The translations under genes and the position numbers were made by a program. A DNA stretch of 64,000 bases. Source: Macrostomum lignano (Eukaryota). Below are positions 1-14,065 of the stretch, piece after piece. The notes below the pieces were generated by a model that saw only the letters and a program-made list of their open reading frames with translations, was not told the DNA's origin and made no database searches. Positions within the stretch are counted from its first letter, which is position 1. Each line of letters begins with the position of its first letter. The stretch spans positions 186,001 to 250,000 of the forward strand of contig NIVC01000876.1 of the NCBI GenBank assembly GCA_002269645.1, read 5' to 3'.

Positions 1-903
1 GAGGTTCTCTGGCTTCCACTGCTCGACCGGCGTCTCCTCCACCATTCGGAACGTGATAGTCTTCGCGTGGTACGGCTTCAGGCCTTGCTGGTTGAAGCCG
101 TCCTTGCTGCAGATGACCTTCTTTACCAGGTACTTGAGAGTGACAAACAGCTGGCCTTGGAGAGTAGTGAGACTTCTGAGCATCCGCTTCTCCAGGAAGC
201 TGGTGCTCACACGGAGCTCCTGGCCTCCTCGACCAGGAGAGGCTGCGTGCACCACGTGACAGGGCGTTGAGTCGGAGTCGACATCTTGTTGTAGAGCCTG
301 CAGAACAGACTTTGGTATGTTTGAGTTGAAGACTCGAGGAGGCTGGAGCGGCCTAATGCTCGGGTAGCAGCAAAGAAGATCGGCTAAGACGTTGTCAACC
401 GCCGGTTTTAGAGCAGACCCAACTGAAGCGAGTGCCGGACTTGAGGCTGCAATTAAAAGAGTTCAGCAGTTAGGGCAGAGCGATCTTCTAAAAAGCAGAA
501 GTAAAACACAAAGCAGCAATGAATTTATAATAAGTGTAGAAACTGTAAATTATTACCGAATCCATCGCGAGAGATATGTCCATTGAGGTACTCATTCTGG
601 AGGCTCGCCAGGGTGTTGCACTTGCATGGTCCTTTCGGGTGATGAATTTGACCTTGGATCAATCTCATCACATCTATGTCGGACTCCTTTGCAGTTAGAC
701 CGTCCAAGGTCTTCAGACTGTTGCCCCAGCCTTCTGAGTAGCTTCCAACCACAAATATGCCATCGTATCTCAGTCTTTTTTGCATAATTTCTTGCAATAC
801 ATCAGCTACAGCACTTTGGAGGGAAGCTCTGGAGTCCACGAATCCAGATTGAGTAAGAGCTGAGTGCAGCTTGATACTCAGCTCTGAGTCACTGAGTGCG
901 TCA
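1..903 (-). CDS. Exons 2-3 of the fusion gene: Mab-21/cGAS-like nucleotidyltransferase domain
   Basis: Exon 2 (903-557) carries GS (746-741) and DID (680-672). Exon 3 (446-1, not in the ORF track because it has no start codon) reads ASSPALASVGSALKPAVDNVLADLLCCYPSIRPLQPPRVFNSNIPKSVLQALQQDVDSDSTPCHVVHAASPGRGGQELRVSTSFLEKRMLRSLTTLQGQLFVTLKYLVKKVICSKDGFNQQGLKPYHAKTITFRMVEETPVEQWKPENL. Confidence 0.88.
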
Positions 904-2584
904 CTGAAATGATTCAGTTCGAATGGATTGGTGTGAGGTATAAATTTTCCCTACTTCAAAGCAGCTGCATGAAATTAACCTTAACTTACGTTTCCAGTAA
1001 AGTTGAGACTGGACTGCCATGCACATCAAAAGTTATCACCGGTTGACCGAGTTGCACTCCGTTAAGTAGCTGAGCAATTTTCTGATGACCGAAACGAAAT
1101 GCAATATCGAGAGGTCGCTCGCCGCTGCTTGACTTAAGGTCAATGTCAGCACCAGACTTGAGCAGTAATTTCACTACATCACAATGCCCCCTCTGTGAGG
1201 CTATATGCAAAGCCGAGTAACCCCGGGCCGAAATGCAGTGAACATCAGCTTGCGCATTGATTAGAGAATTCACAACTTTAACATGACCATGGTGGGAAGC
1301 GATGTAAAGTGGTTGGTGCCCAATGCCTGTCCTAGCGTCAACGTCTGCTGAAGATTTAATGACAGACTCGACAGTCAGGTGATGACCCCGCTGTACTGCT
1401 GCGTGCAGTGGTAAGTAACCCCACTTCGATGCGAGGTTAACATCAGCTTGAGCTTTGATGAGGCAGTCTAACACACGGCTGTGACCATTCTGTGCAGCAA
1501 TGTGAGCTGCCGTGAGACCGTTAACTGTTTGGATATTAAGGTCAGCATTTGATCCGATCAGGGACTCGACGACCTCCCAGTGACCATGCTGCGCTGCTCT
1601 ATGCAAAGCTGAAAATCCCTTTCGCGACTGAAGATCGACATCGGCTTTGAACTTGATGAGCAAGTCCACAATATCTTTAAAGCCATTAAGCGAAGCTATT
1701 TGTAGGACAGAGTCACCATAACTTGTCGAATAGTTCACATCAGCTAGTGCCCTGAGGAGTAGCCCAACAACTTGCACTTGACCACCAAGTGTCGCCGCGT
1801 ACAGTGGAGACAATTCGACTTTTTCATGAAGATTAACGTCGGCTCCTGCTTTGATGAGTGCGTCGACTACCCTCACATGGCCATACCTTGACGCGACACA
1901 CAGAGGAGATGAGCCATTGCTTGCGAGAATATTTATTTCTGCTTGTGCACTGATGAGCGATTTGACAACTAGCTCGTGCCCCACTTGAGAGGCGATGTAG
2001 ATTGGGCAGGAACCGCTGCTGTTTCGAGCATTGACGTCGGCTTGCGCTTTGATGAGTGCGTCAACAACTCGCTGATGCCCGTTCTGCGATGCGATGTGGA
2101 GTGGCGAGAATCCGTCCAGTGTTTGAAAATTGACATCAGCCTGCGCACCAATCAGCAGATTCACGACGTCAACATGTCCATTTTGCACCGCTACGTACAA
2201 TGGCGAAGTGCCACTCGATCCACTTGATAGATTTACGTCGGCTTGAGCTTTTACAAGCAAGTCCGCTACGTTTAGATGGCCATTCTGGGCTGCGATGTAC
2301 AATGGGGGCGATGAGGATTCGCCAAGTTTAGAATGAATGTCGGCATCGGCCGCTGCTTTGAGCAGTCTGCGGACGGAGCGGTGCTGCCCGACCACGCAGG
2401 CCAGCTGCAGCGGGGAGATCCTTGCTCCTCTGAACTCGCAGAACTCATCAACGCTCATGGCGCAGTTCAGACACCGTTCGATCATTCTCAATTCGCCAGC
2501 TTCTATGGCAAACAAAAAGTCTCGAGCTGTCAGCTCATGCTTGTCATCGCAGTGTCGCTGGAGCGGTGTAGCTGCCTCCTGCAT
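1..2584 (-). CDS. Ankyrin-repeat / Mab-21 (cGAS-like receptor, cGLR) nucleotidyltransferase fusion protein; 3 exons visible, 3' end outside window
   Basis: Exons (minus): 2584-990, 903-557, 446-<1. Intron 989-904 (GTAAGT...ATTTCAG, 86 nt, phase 2, AC+T=Thr). Intron 556-447 (GTAATA...TTGCAG, 110 nt, phase 1, G+CC=Ala). The spliced frame is stop-free for 796 codons. NTase motifs: GSYSEG...SDIDVM, AVDNVLA, LRVSTSFLEKRML, LKYL, PYHAKT...WKPENL. Confidence 0.88.
990..2584 (-). CDS. Exon 1 of the fusion gene: about 14 ankyrin repeats plus a degenerate N-cap
   Basis: 33-aa periodic motif G.SPL.IA...GH..VV..LI.A.ADVN in ORF 986..2584. The ORF-track stop lies inside a GTAAGT splice donor at 989. Confidence 0.95.
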
Positions 2585-2996
2585 CGGTAATGACGACGAA
2601 CAGTTTTCAATGCTTCAGTGAAATTAACCTCGCGACCTGTGCCTAAAACTTGTACGAATAGACTTCAATGCGTGCATTATAGCATAGCATTAGCTATTTA
2701 AGTGTGTGCAGGCATTTTCGTTTTCCGCAACTGTTGGCAGCGAAGCTCTGGACCAATTAAAAGCAATGTGTCTTTATATCTCTTTAAAACTTTCTGAGTT
2801 GATTTTTTTAATACAAGCTTGTTTGTTCTCATTCTGGTTATAAAATGTGAAAGGCCACGAGAGCGACCCGTTGAAAAGTAAAATCCGACAAACGTCAACT
2901 TAATTCATAGTTTTGACAAGTAGCTCATAGTTTAACAGTTCATTCTCAAAAAGCAGTGAAGCTCCTTGTACAAAACTTCATTGGTTTGAAATGACC

Positions 2997-4423
2997 TCAA
3001 TTTCCATTTCGAATGGTCATCTCCAAGTCCAGCAGCAGGTCCGTTGAGCGAAGGCTCGACTCGCTGCAAACCTGAATCTCCAAATTCTCTAACTCAGCCT
3101 CCGACTGATGAAGCTCGTCTTGCTGCAGCTCGGCCGCAGCAGCAGAAGCTGGCGCTTCTTTGCCTCTGCCAGCCGCTCCTGCAGAGCGTCCTCTTGGCGC
3201 TGCTGGGTCCACCGGTTGCTTGGGGACACATAAGGATGGTGTTGAAGTTAATACTCTAAACTCTGACTTCCGACTGTTCTCACTCCTCGACTGTCACTAC
3301 CCGACTGTCACTACCCGACTGTCACTACCCGACTGTCACTCCCCAACTGTCACTCCCCAACTACTACCCGACTGTCACTCCCCAACTGTCACTACCCGAC
3401 TGTCACTCCCCAACTGTCACTACCCGACTGTCACTCCTTAACTGTCACTTCCCGATTGTCACTTCCCGACTGTCACTCTCGACTGTCACTCCCCGACTGT
3501 CACTACCCGACTGTCACTACCTGACTGTCACTCCCAGACTGTCACTTACCCGACTGTCACTCGCCGACTGTCACTTAAGTCACTACTTTCAGATCACCTC
3601 ACAGGCCGCTACTCACCTTTTACCTTCAAGGCAGTTCGCTGCATCCAGCATCGCCACGGCCACCTGCCGAGCCTCGCGCCGCCGCCAGAGAGTCTCCCGT
3701 TGCCTCTGCCGCTCTTCAGTCAGCTTTGAGTTCAGCAGCTGCAGCCCCACAAGCAGCTCAGCGGCCTCTGTAGTCGCCGCCTCCGAGCTGCCTTCCGCCT
3801 CTCTCGGCTCCTCAGCCGCTACTTCCGGCCGACCAGCACGATCCGGCGAGTCCAGCCGCCACCGTCAGCTGCCTGCGCCACGCCCGGCCGCGCCCGCCTC
3901 GCGTAGTCCGGCAGCGGCTGCTCTCGACGCTTCGCCGCCGCCGCCGCTGCCGTCATCGTACCCGCCACCTTCTGCCAAGCGTCGCGGCCGACCTCGCGGA
4001 GAAACTCCTCCACGCGGGCCTTCGCGCGGCGCTCCTCACTGAGGCCCGACATGCGGTCCACCTCCGTGTGAGCGATGGAGGGCCCGCCTCGCTGCGCAGC
4101 TGGGGAGATGGTCAAAAATGTCAAGCCTCTCACCCAGCATCTCAGCCTCACCCAGCAGCTCAGCCTCACCCAGCGTCTCAGCCTCACCCAGCATCTCAAC
4201 TCCATCCTGATTAAAAGTGTCAAGTTCCATCCTCAGCCTCATCATCACCCAACATCACGGCTTCATCCTTACCGAGAACCTCAGCCCGGTCCCGTAATTC
4301 TTTCTGTCCGCTGTCAATGCAGTCTCCCAGACTCCTCAGGCCTCGCCTCATCCTTGCGATGCTCTCAATGAATCTGACCGCTTTGCGCTGCAACAGCTCG
4401 GATGACAGTCGGGCAAAGTCCGC
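2997..4423 (-). pseudogene. Orphan coiled-coil protein gene, at least 3 exons, two apparent 1-nt frameshifts (pseudogene or consensus error)
   Basis: Exons 4423-4273 (ADFARLSSELLQRK...), 4099-3617 and 3218-~2997, with phase-compatible GT/AG sites (TTCAG|4423, 4273|GTAAG, CCCAG|4099, 3617|GTGAGT, CCAAG|3218). E/R/Q/L-rich helical peptides (TEERQRQRETLWRRREARQ; QRQEDALQERLAEAKKRQ). An upstream exon may lie near 5100-5240 but no donor was identified. Confidence 0.45.
3288..3576. repeat. 14-bp minisatellite (CCGACTGTCACTAC-like), intronic
   Basis: Tandem degenerate copies seen directly. Confidence 0.9.
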
Positions 4424-4451
4424 CTGAAGGAAATTTGGGGGGGGGGCAGAT

Positions 4452-5105
4452 GGAAATATGAGGGAATATGGGGAAATATGGGGAAATATGGAGAAATATG
4501 GAGGAATATGGGGAAATATGGAGAAATATGGAAAAATATGCAGAAATGTGCAGAAATATGCGGAAATGTGGGGAAATATCGCGAAATATGGAGAAATATG
4601 CAGAAATATGCAGAAATATGCAGAAATATGCGGAAATATCGGGAAATATCGGGAAATATGGAGAAATATGGAGAAATTTGGGGAAATGTGGGGAAATATG
4701 GGGAAATATGGAGAAATATGGAGAAATGTGGGGAAATATGGGGAAATATGCAGAAATATGCGGAAATATCGGGAAATATCGGGAAATATGGAGAAAATGG
4801 AGAAATATGGAGAAATATGGGGAAATATGCAGAAATATGCAGAAATATGCGGAAATATAAGGAAATATGCAGAAATATGGGCAAATATGGTAAAATATGG
4901 AGAAATATGGAGAAATATGGGGAAATGTGGGGAAATACATGGAGGGGGAAATATGAGGAAATATGCGGAAATATCGGGAAATATGGGGAAATATGGAGAA
5001 ATTTGGAGAAATATGGAGAAATATGGAGAAATATGGAGAAATATGGAGAAATTAGAAATATGCGGAAATATGGGGAAATATGGGGAAATATGAGGAAATA
5101 TGGGA
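4452..5105. repeat. 9-10 bp minisatellite (GGAAATATG / GAGAAATATG / CAGAAATATG)
   Basis: Tandem copies; source of the spurious MEKYGEIWRN-type ORFs. Confidence 0.95.
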
Positions 5106-5825
5106 AGCTCATCGGTGAACGCGTGGCGTCACAGATTGACGAAGACTTCCCCAGACTTCGATCGTTGATCCTCGCCGATTTCGACTTTCCAGCCTTGACT
5201 GACCTCGACTTTGGCATCACAAAGTAAATTCAATTGACTTTGAGCAGCTCAGTGTGTGCTCAAGTTGTGCAGACTTTGACTCTCTTATCCGACTAAAATT
5301 TTTATCCAAATTCTGTCGGTTCGCTTTTTTATCCACGTAGAAAAAACCATCGAATGAGTGGCTCTCCTTGATTAAATTGATTAACAAAAATTAAAAATCA
5401 GAGAGAGGCTCTGCAGAGCAACCCAGGTGGGAATTCTAGCTGTACCAAAAACAATTCCTGAATTTAATTAACTCAGATTTTAGCAAAACAGCTGTTGCTA
5501 TTGGAGACAAGAAACCTAAACAGTCCTCGTGTTGACCTCATGAGTATTCAGTTAAAAAATACGGTTTTGTGCTTGCTTACGTTATTTTTATTTACTGAGA
5601 TAGAAGCCCACTGGCTTAATATGCTACTTTAAGTACAAATTTGGACATGGTGTAGCTGAACAAAATATTGTTACATTTCTGTTTTGAAACTTTAAACCTG
5701 AACTTATTCAGTCTTAGAGAATGACCGGATGGAACAATATCGGCCCTTGTATCCTTTAGGAGGCGCTAAAGTTGCAAAGTTTTGCTGATTCTCTCTCTAA
5801 ATTACTTGTTGACTGTTTTACTACA

Positions 5826-6690
5826 GGTTACATTCCCACAATCTGGAGAATGTCAGAGTCGTGTTCATCCCGAAACCCGCCAAGGGTGACTACACCAACG
5901 TGAAATCCTTCCGGCCCATCAGCCTCACCTCCTTTTGTGTTAAGCTGATGGAGAGGCTCATCCTGTGGAAGCTTCGAGAGTGCGACCTGCGCTCCGACCC
6001 CGTCAGTAAGTACCAGTACGCCTTCCAGCCTGGGAAGACGACTAAGCACGCTCTCCATGCCATTACCTCCAAGATCGAGAGTGCCATCCTTAGCAAACAA
6101 CTCGCTTGCGGGATGTTTGTTGACTTCGAAGGAGCATTGGACAATGTCCTTTTCCGCTCCTTCAGAAACTCTCTTTCCCGCAGGAATGTGAGACACAGCA
6201 TTGTCCGCTGGATTTATTTTATGATCCGCAATAGGTTTGCGACATCTACGCTTATGGGCGTTACCTACACCCGGGCGGTGATGAAAGGCGGCCCCCGCAA
6301 GGTGACGTGCTGACTCCACTTCTTTGGAATCTCGTCATGGACGAGCTCCTAACCGCTGACATCCCCAGCAGTATCACCAGGGCGGGCTACGCCGATGACG
6401 TTGCCGCGGTCGTCAGCGGACCCGACCCCGCCACTCTGCGCAACCTGATGCAGCAATTTGCCGACAAGGCGGCCGACTGGGCTACGCAGCATGGCCTAAA
6501 TATCAGCGTCACCAAGACTGTCGCTGTCGTATTCACCAAGCGCGGTGCGTGGGAGATGCAAAACCTCACTGTCTATGGTAGAAACATCCCCTTCAAGAAG
6601 GACGGCAAATACCTCGGTGTGACGCTAACGCATGACCTGCGCTGGACGAAGCACCTTGATAACGTCATCGTGTCGGGCAAAAGCTGCGCA
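5826..6690 (+). mobile_element. Non-LTR retrotransposon reverse transcriptase fragment (R1/LOA-like), truncated at both ends and frameshifted
   Basis: [75 protein letters not shown]. Frameshifts near 5850 and 6295. Confidence 0.93.
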
Positions 6691-6962
6691 GAGCCATCGG
6701 GCCATCGAGCCATCCTTCCTTCCTTCCTTCCTTCTTTCCTTCCTTTAGAACTCCGGCAAGATAGACAAGAAAATTTTTCTTTATCACAAAACATGATACT
6801 GAATATGGTCAGTGTTGAGTATTTATTGAATACTTTAAATTCACAATAACATTACCATAGTATTCAAACAAAATTCTAAAATGTAATGTCTAATATAATC
6901 AGGACACCAAAACACGAGTGCAAACAGGTGTTGAGTCTTTGTGTAATAAACTCCAATTGAAG

Positions 6963-9107
6963 CTAAGCCACCTGGCTGATTTTTGCTTGTCGGACCGCGC
7001 CCCCAAACAGAGCCTTCAGCGCGGCCACCTGGCCGAGTCCGCAGGCCAGCACAGCAACCGCCAGGATGCCGCTGAATGTCGCAACCCGCCTGTTGAGGTC
7101 GTCGCTCAATGCTCGGCCTTCGACTTCCCGGGCCCGGTGCATCGTCTGGGCCGCCTCCGCCCGCACGAGCTGCTGGTGGACGGCCTCCAGCTCCGATTGC
7201 AGCAGCGTCAGCGCGGTGGGCGGGGTGACCCCGGCCTCCTCGGCCAGGGAGGGCGCCCGGCTCCTGTCCAGAGCGAACTGCACCACCTTGTGTGTCACTG
7301 TTGAGAACTCGTTGCCGAAGCAGAAGGCGTACGCGCCGCCGCCCATAAATTTGAACGCCCGTTCGTCTGAGCGCGCCCTTAGCTTGGAGTAGATCTTCTC
7401 GCCTGTCAGTTACGAATGCCAAACGTTATTGATTGTAGAAATATGCAATTAATATTGACAGGAAAGTTGGCACGCGAAGGTGTATTCAGCACGCCAGTGA
7501 AGTATGAGACAGACTGGGCCTATGGGCTACGGTCTGCGATGCTTCACGCCTGCCCCTATCTTTGGCAGGTCAAGGCTGGTGGGAGGTCTGCACCCTCTAT
7601 TTGCCGCTGGCAGCCGCAGACCCCACGCTGTCTCGCAAGTCGACCCAGGGTACTCGTCCCCGCGTGTGTTCAAGGCAGACCCTAGGGCTGCTGGACAGAC
7701 TGGGCTCCGGCGCTGGCGACCCTATCCAGTGGCTTCGGCCGAATTTGGGTATGCGGGTCTGGCTCGCCAACCTGCAGGCCGTGGTACTGCCCAACGTACT
7801 CTCTAATGCCTAAGGTGTTGACCGTGCCGATGGGCTGGAAGGCCGGGGAGTAGTCCGGTAGCAAGCGGTCCCCCTCCTGGTGTCGGGCCAGCCTTGAGGG
7901 TTCTATTGGCCTACTGCCCGGTCAGGTGGAGCGGCCGGGTGGGTACCGCGCCCCTTTGAGGGTAGCCCACCAACCTTTTATCATGGCCTTCGAGCCGACT
8001 ATGGATAACCACCGTCCATAGCGACGCGTCGGCCGTTCAGGGATTAGCGGAATGGGCGCCCGCGCCTTCCCGCTGTGTCCCCTCCGGGACAGCCCTGCAG
8101 CTAAGTCAAGTAAGTCAAAGACAGGAAAGTTGTGGACACCCTGGACTCGGTCCTACATCGTCCTACAGCCATCGGAAAGGCAACTCCGCCCATTCCGCAG
8201 ACTCTTGAGTACATGCAATCGGGCAGATACTGTACTCGACACGCACTCGCACACACGCTCACACGTGTACACCCTCTGTGCCTTGGGGGTTGGCCCTCGT
8301 TGATGCATGAATCGCACTTTAGCCAATTTTCGTGAAGAGGCCCCAAATAAATATCGCGGAGTCGAAAGCCGTGGTCTGTGACTCGAGAGTCGTCTTCTGA
8401 GCTGCTGCCGTCATTCGTTGAGCTATCCTGTCCCCAGAAAGTTAGTACAGGTAGACTAGCATTTTCAGCTTCAAATGCGAGTGTTTGATGCTTCAAGTAT
8501 ATCCGGTTAATAACGTAAAGTCATCGTCGGTTGTTCGCTTTCGTTGTCAGACGATAAACATGCCCGTTGAAAACGAGGGTTTAAACTTGAATGTAAATTA
8601 ACGAAAAGTTACTTTTGGTTGGTTAATTTACCGCAGTTTAACTTTGGAAAAAGCGAATTCACGTTAATTAACCAAACACTGTGTGGGTTATTTCGGTTAA
8701 CAAACTCGGAAATTAACGTATATTTACCCTCCGTAAAGTCAAGTAACGTCAAGTAACGTTTATTCACCTAAAATTACGTTAACTAACCTTCAGGCTAATA
8801 GTTAATTAGCGCCCAGAATATTAACCCTCGTTTTCAACGGGCAGTACACACAAGTACACATGAGGGACTTCGGACTTCAGAGGTTCTCACCTGTTGGCGA
8901 GCGGACTAGAAAGTCCACATCGTTGTTGCCGCCGCGTACGACGCGGAATCGCAGCAGAAACGAGTCGCGCGACTCTGATTTATCGAACGCCTGATGGAAG
9001 CAGAACTCCTCATTGTCTGGCAGCTCGAAGGCCAGTCGCTTCGGGTACTGGTCGAAGCATTGGGCAACGGCCGGCAGCGTGGCCAGCAGCAGCTGAAGGA
9101 TCAGCAT
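6963..9107 (-). CDS. TMED7: p24/emp24/gp25L family GOLD-domain cargo receptor, gamma subfamily (TMED7/TMED3-like), 218 aa, 2 exons
   Basis: Exons 9107-8891 and 7402-6963; intron 8890-7403 (GTGAGA...GACAG, phase 1). Signal peptide, FELPDNEEFCF, GGNNDVDF, Y.FCFGNEFSTVTHK, coiled coil, C-terminal TM helix. Confidence 0.9.
7490..8310. other. GC-rich, hairpin-rich island in the TMED intron; probable transposon UTR remnant or structured RNA
   Basis: Four stems found by eye (see findings); no recognisable ORF. Confidence 0.35.
8561..8843. mobile_element. 283-bp MITE-like element with perfect 21-bp inverted repeats
   Basis: TGCCCGTTGAAAACGAGGGTT (8561-8581) and AACCCTCGTTTTCAACGGGCA (8823-8843); AT-rich interior; no clear TSD. 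Confidence 0.7.
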
Positions 9108-9700
9108 GATGCAGCGATTTGGCGATCTGTTCTGTCCGACAATCCTGTTCAGACAAATTTCGCACTAAGATACTAAAAAACAAAGTGCCCAAGAGCTGAC
9201 TGAGTTCCGACAGTGTTGCATGCATGGCCTGCTCAATCCTCAATTCTGTGCAATACTTTTCTCTCCTAGTAGAGGGAACGAGACTCCCTGGCAGGCGCTG
9301 TACAACCAGGCAGAGCGTGCGAACGTGTAGAACAATTAATCGATTTTATTTGCTCATGCAGCTTTGGCCTGGCAAAGCGGATTACTGTCGGCTCGATCCC
9401 CACTGTGCTGTTAAGTATTTGAAGTTGTACAGCCTAATGTCCAATTCCGTTTGTAATTTTTCATAACGCATATATAATGTCTTTTATCATAAATAACGAG
9501 AATTTATTTATAAAAATCACAGCCCAAGCAGGCAAGGAACCGCTCTTACTCTATCCAGATGTTTGTGGCAGAAGAAAGAAAACACAACAATTTTGGCCTT
9601 GTAAATAAAAATATTTGTTGTTTTATGACATTGTGCAAGCACAAATGCACTTTGTCTATTTGTCAATAGCAGCCGATCGTGGTCTCGAACTCAGGACGGC

Positions 9701-13300
<3,600 letters not shown>

Positions 13301-14065
13301 TGTCTTCAGCTGTCCGGGATGGGGAGGCAATGCAAGAGAAAGCGCAGCTCTGTAGCGTCAGGTGGGGAGCTTGGAGCAGTGGCAGTCTGAGCCTCCACCT
13401 GTGCTGCCGCGGTTATCTTATAGTCTGTGGCCCGGCAGATCTGCACGGAAGTGAGGAGAGGAGAGTCATGATGTGGGGTTGCAGCCTCACGTCCCATTGT
13501 TTGTTCCCGACTGCAAGCTCCCCCTTGCCGGGTGTCTTCTGGCTCCTCCTCTCCTCCTATTCCTCCCCAACACCGTGTTGCCGGCCCCGCTGTCGCCCGG
13601 GGAGACCATGCAGCGGGGCGGGTGATGAGATGATAAGGGAAGAGATAGTGAGGCTAAATTATTGAGCCAATTTTCAGCTTTCTGTCAAATATTATTTTCG
13701 CTGGACTTTTAGCTGTCTGTTTGCAGCCTTAACAGGCAAATATTCACGGTTGTGGCAAGATCATATTTTTTTCTTAGAAAAAAATTGAAGGCGGGGTTTT
13801 TTTTATAAATACTCGAATATTCGTATTTGATTGCTTTGATTGAAATTGGCAAACTATTCTTTTTCATGCGAAAATTTTTCAATAGCCTAATGATTCAGAA
13901 AGCAGCTGCTGATAATATTGCGCAATATTTGTGTAGGAAAAAAGAGAAAAAAATCCTGAATTACCATGGTAGTACATTTTCGTCGTAAAGCCAGCCTTCA
14001 AACATTCTAGGAAACGTAGTGTCCCATCCAAGGACCACTATACATATGCTGTTATTTACTGCGAG

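Noticed and set aside
2584-3218. Possibility that the coiled-coil exons are 5' exons of the ANK-cGLR gene (acceptor-like AAG about 28 nt upstream of the ATG)
   Set aside because: That acceptor needs phase 2, whereas the only plausible donor in the coiled-coil exon (ATTCAG|GTTTGC) is phase 0.
5100-5240. Coding-like frames next to the 4.5-kb array (MPKSRSVK... or ...GWKVEIGEDQ...VFVNL, faintly WW-like)
   Set aside because: No phase-0 donor to link it to the 4423 exon, and WW similarity lacks the second Trp and the Pro.
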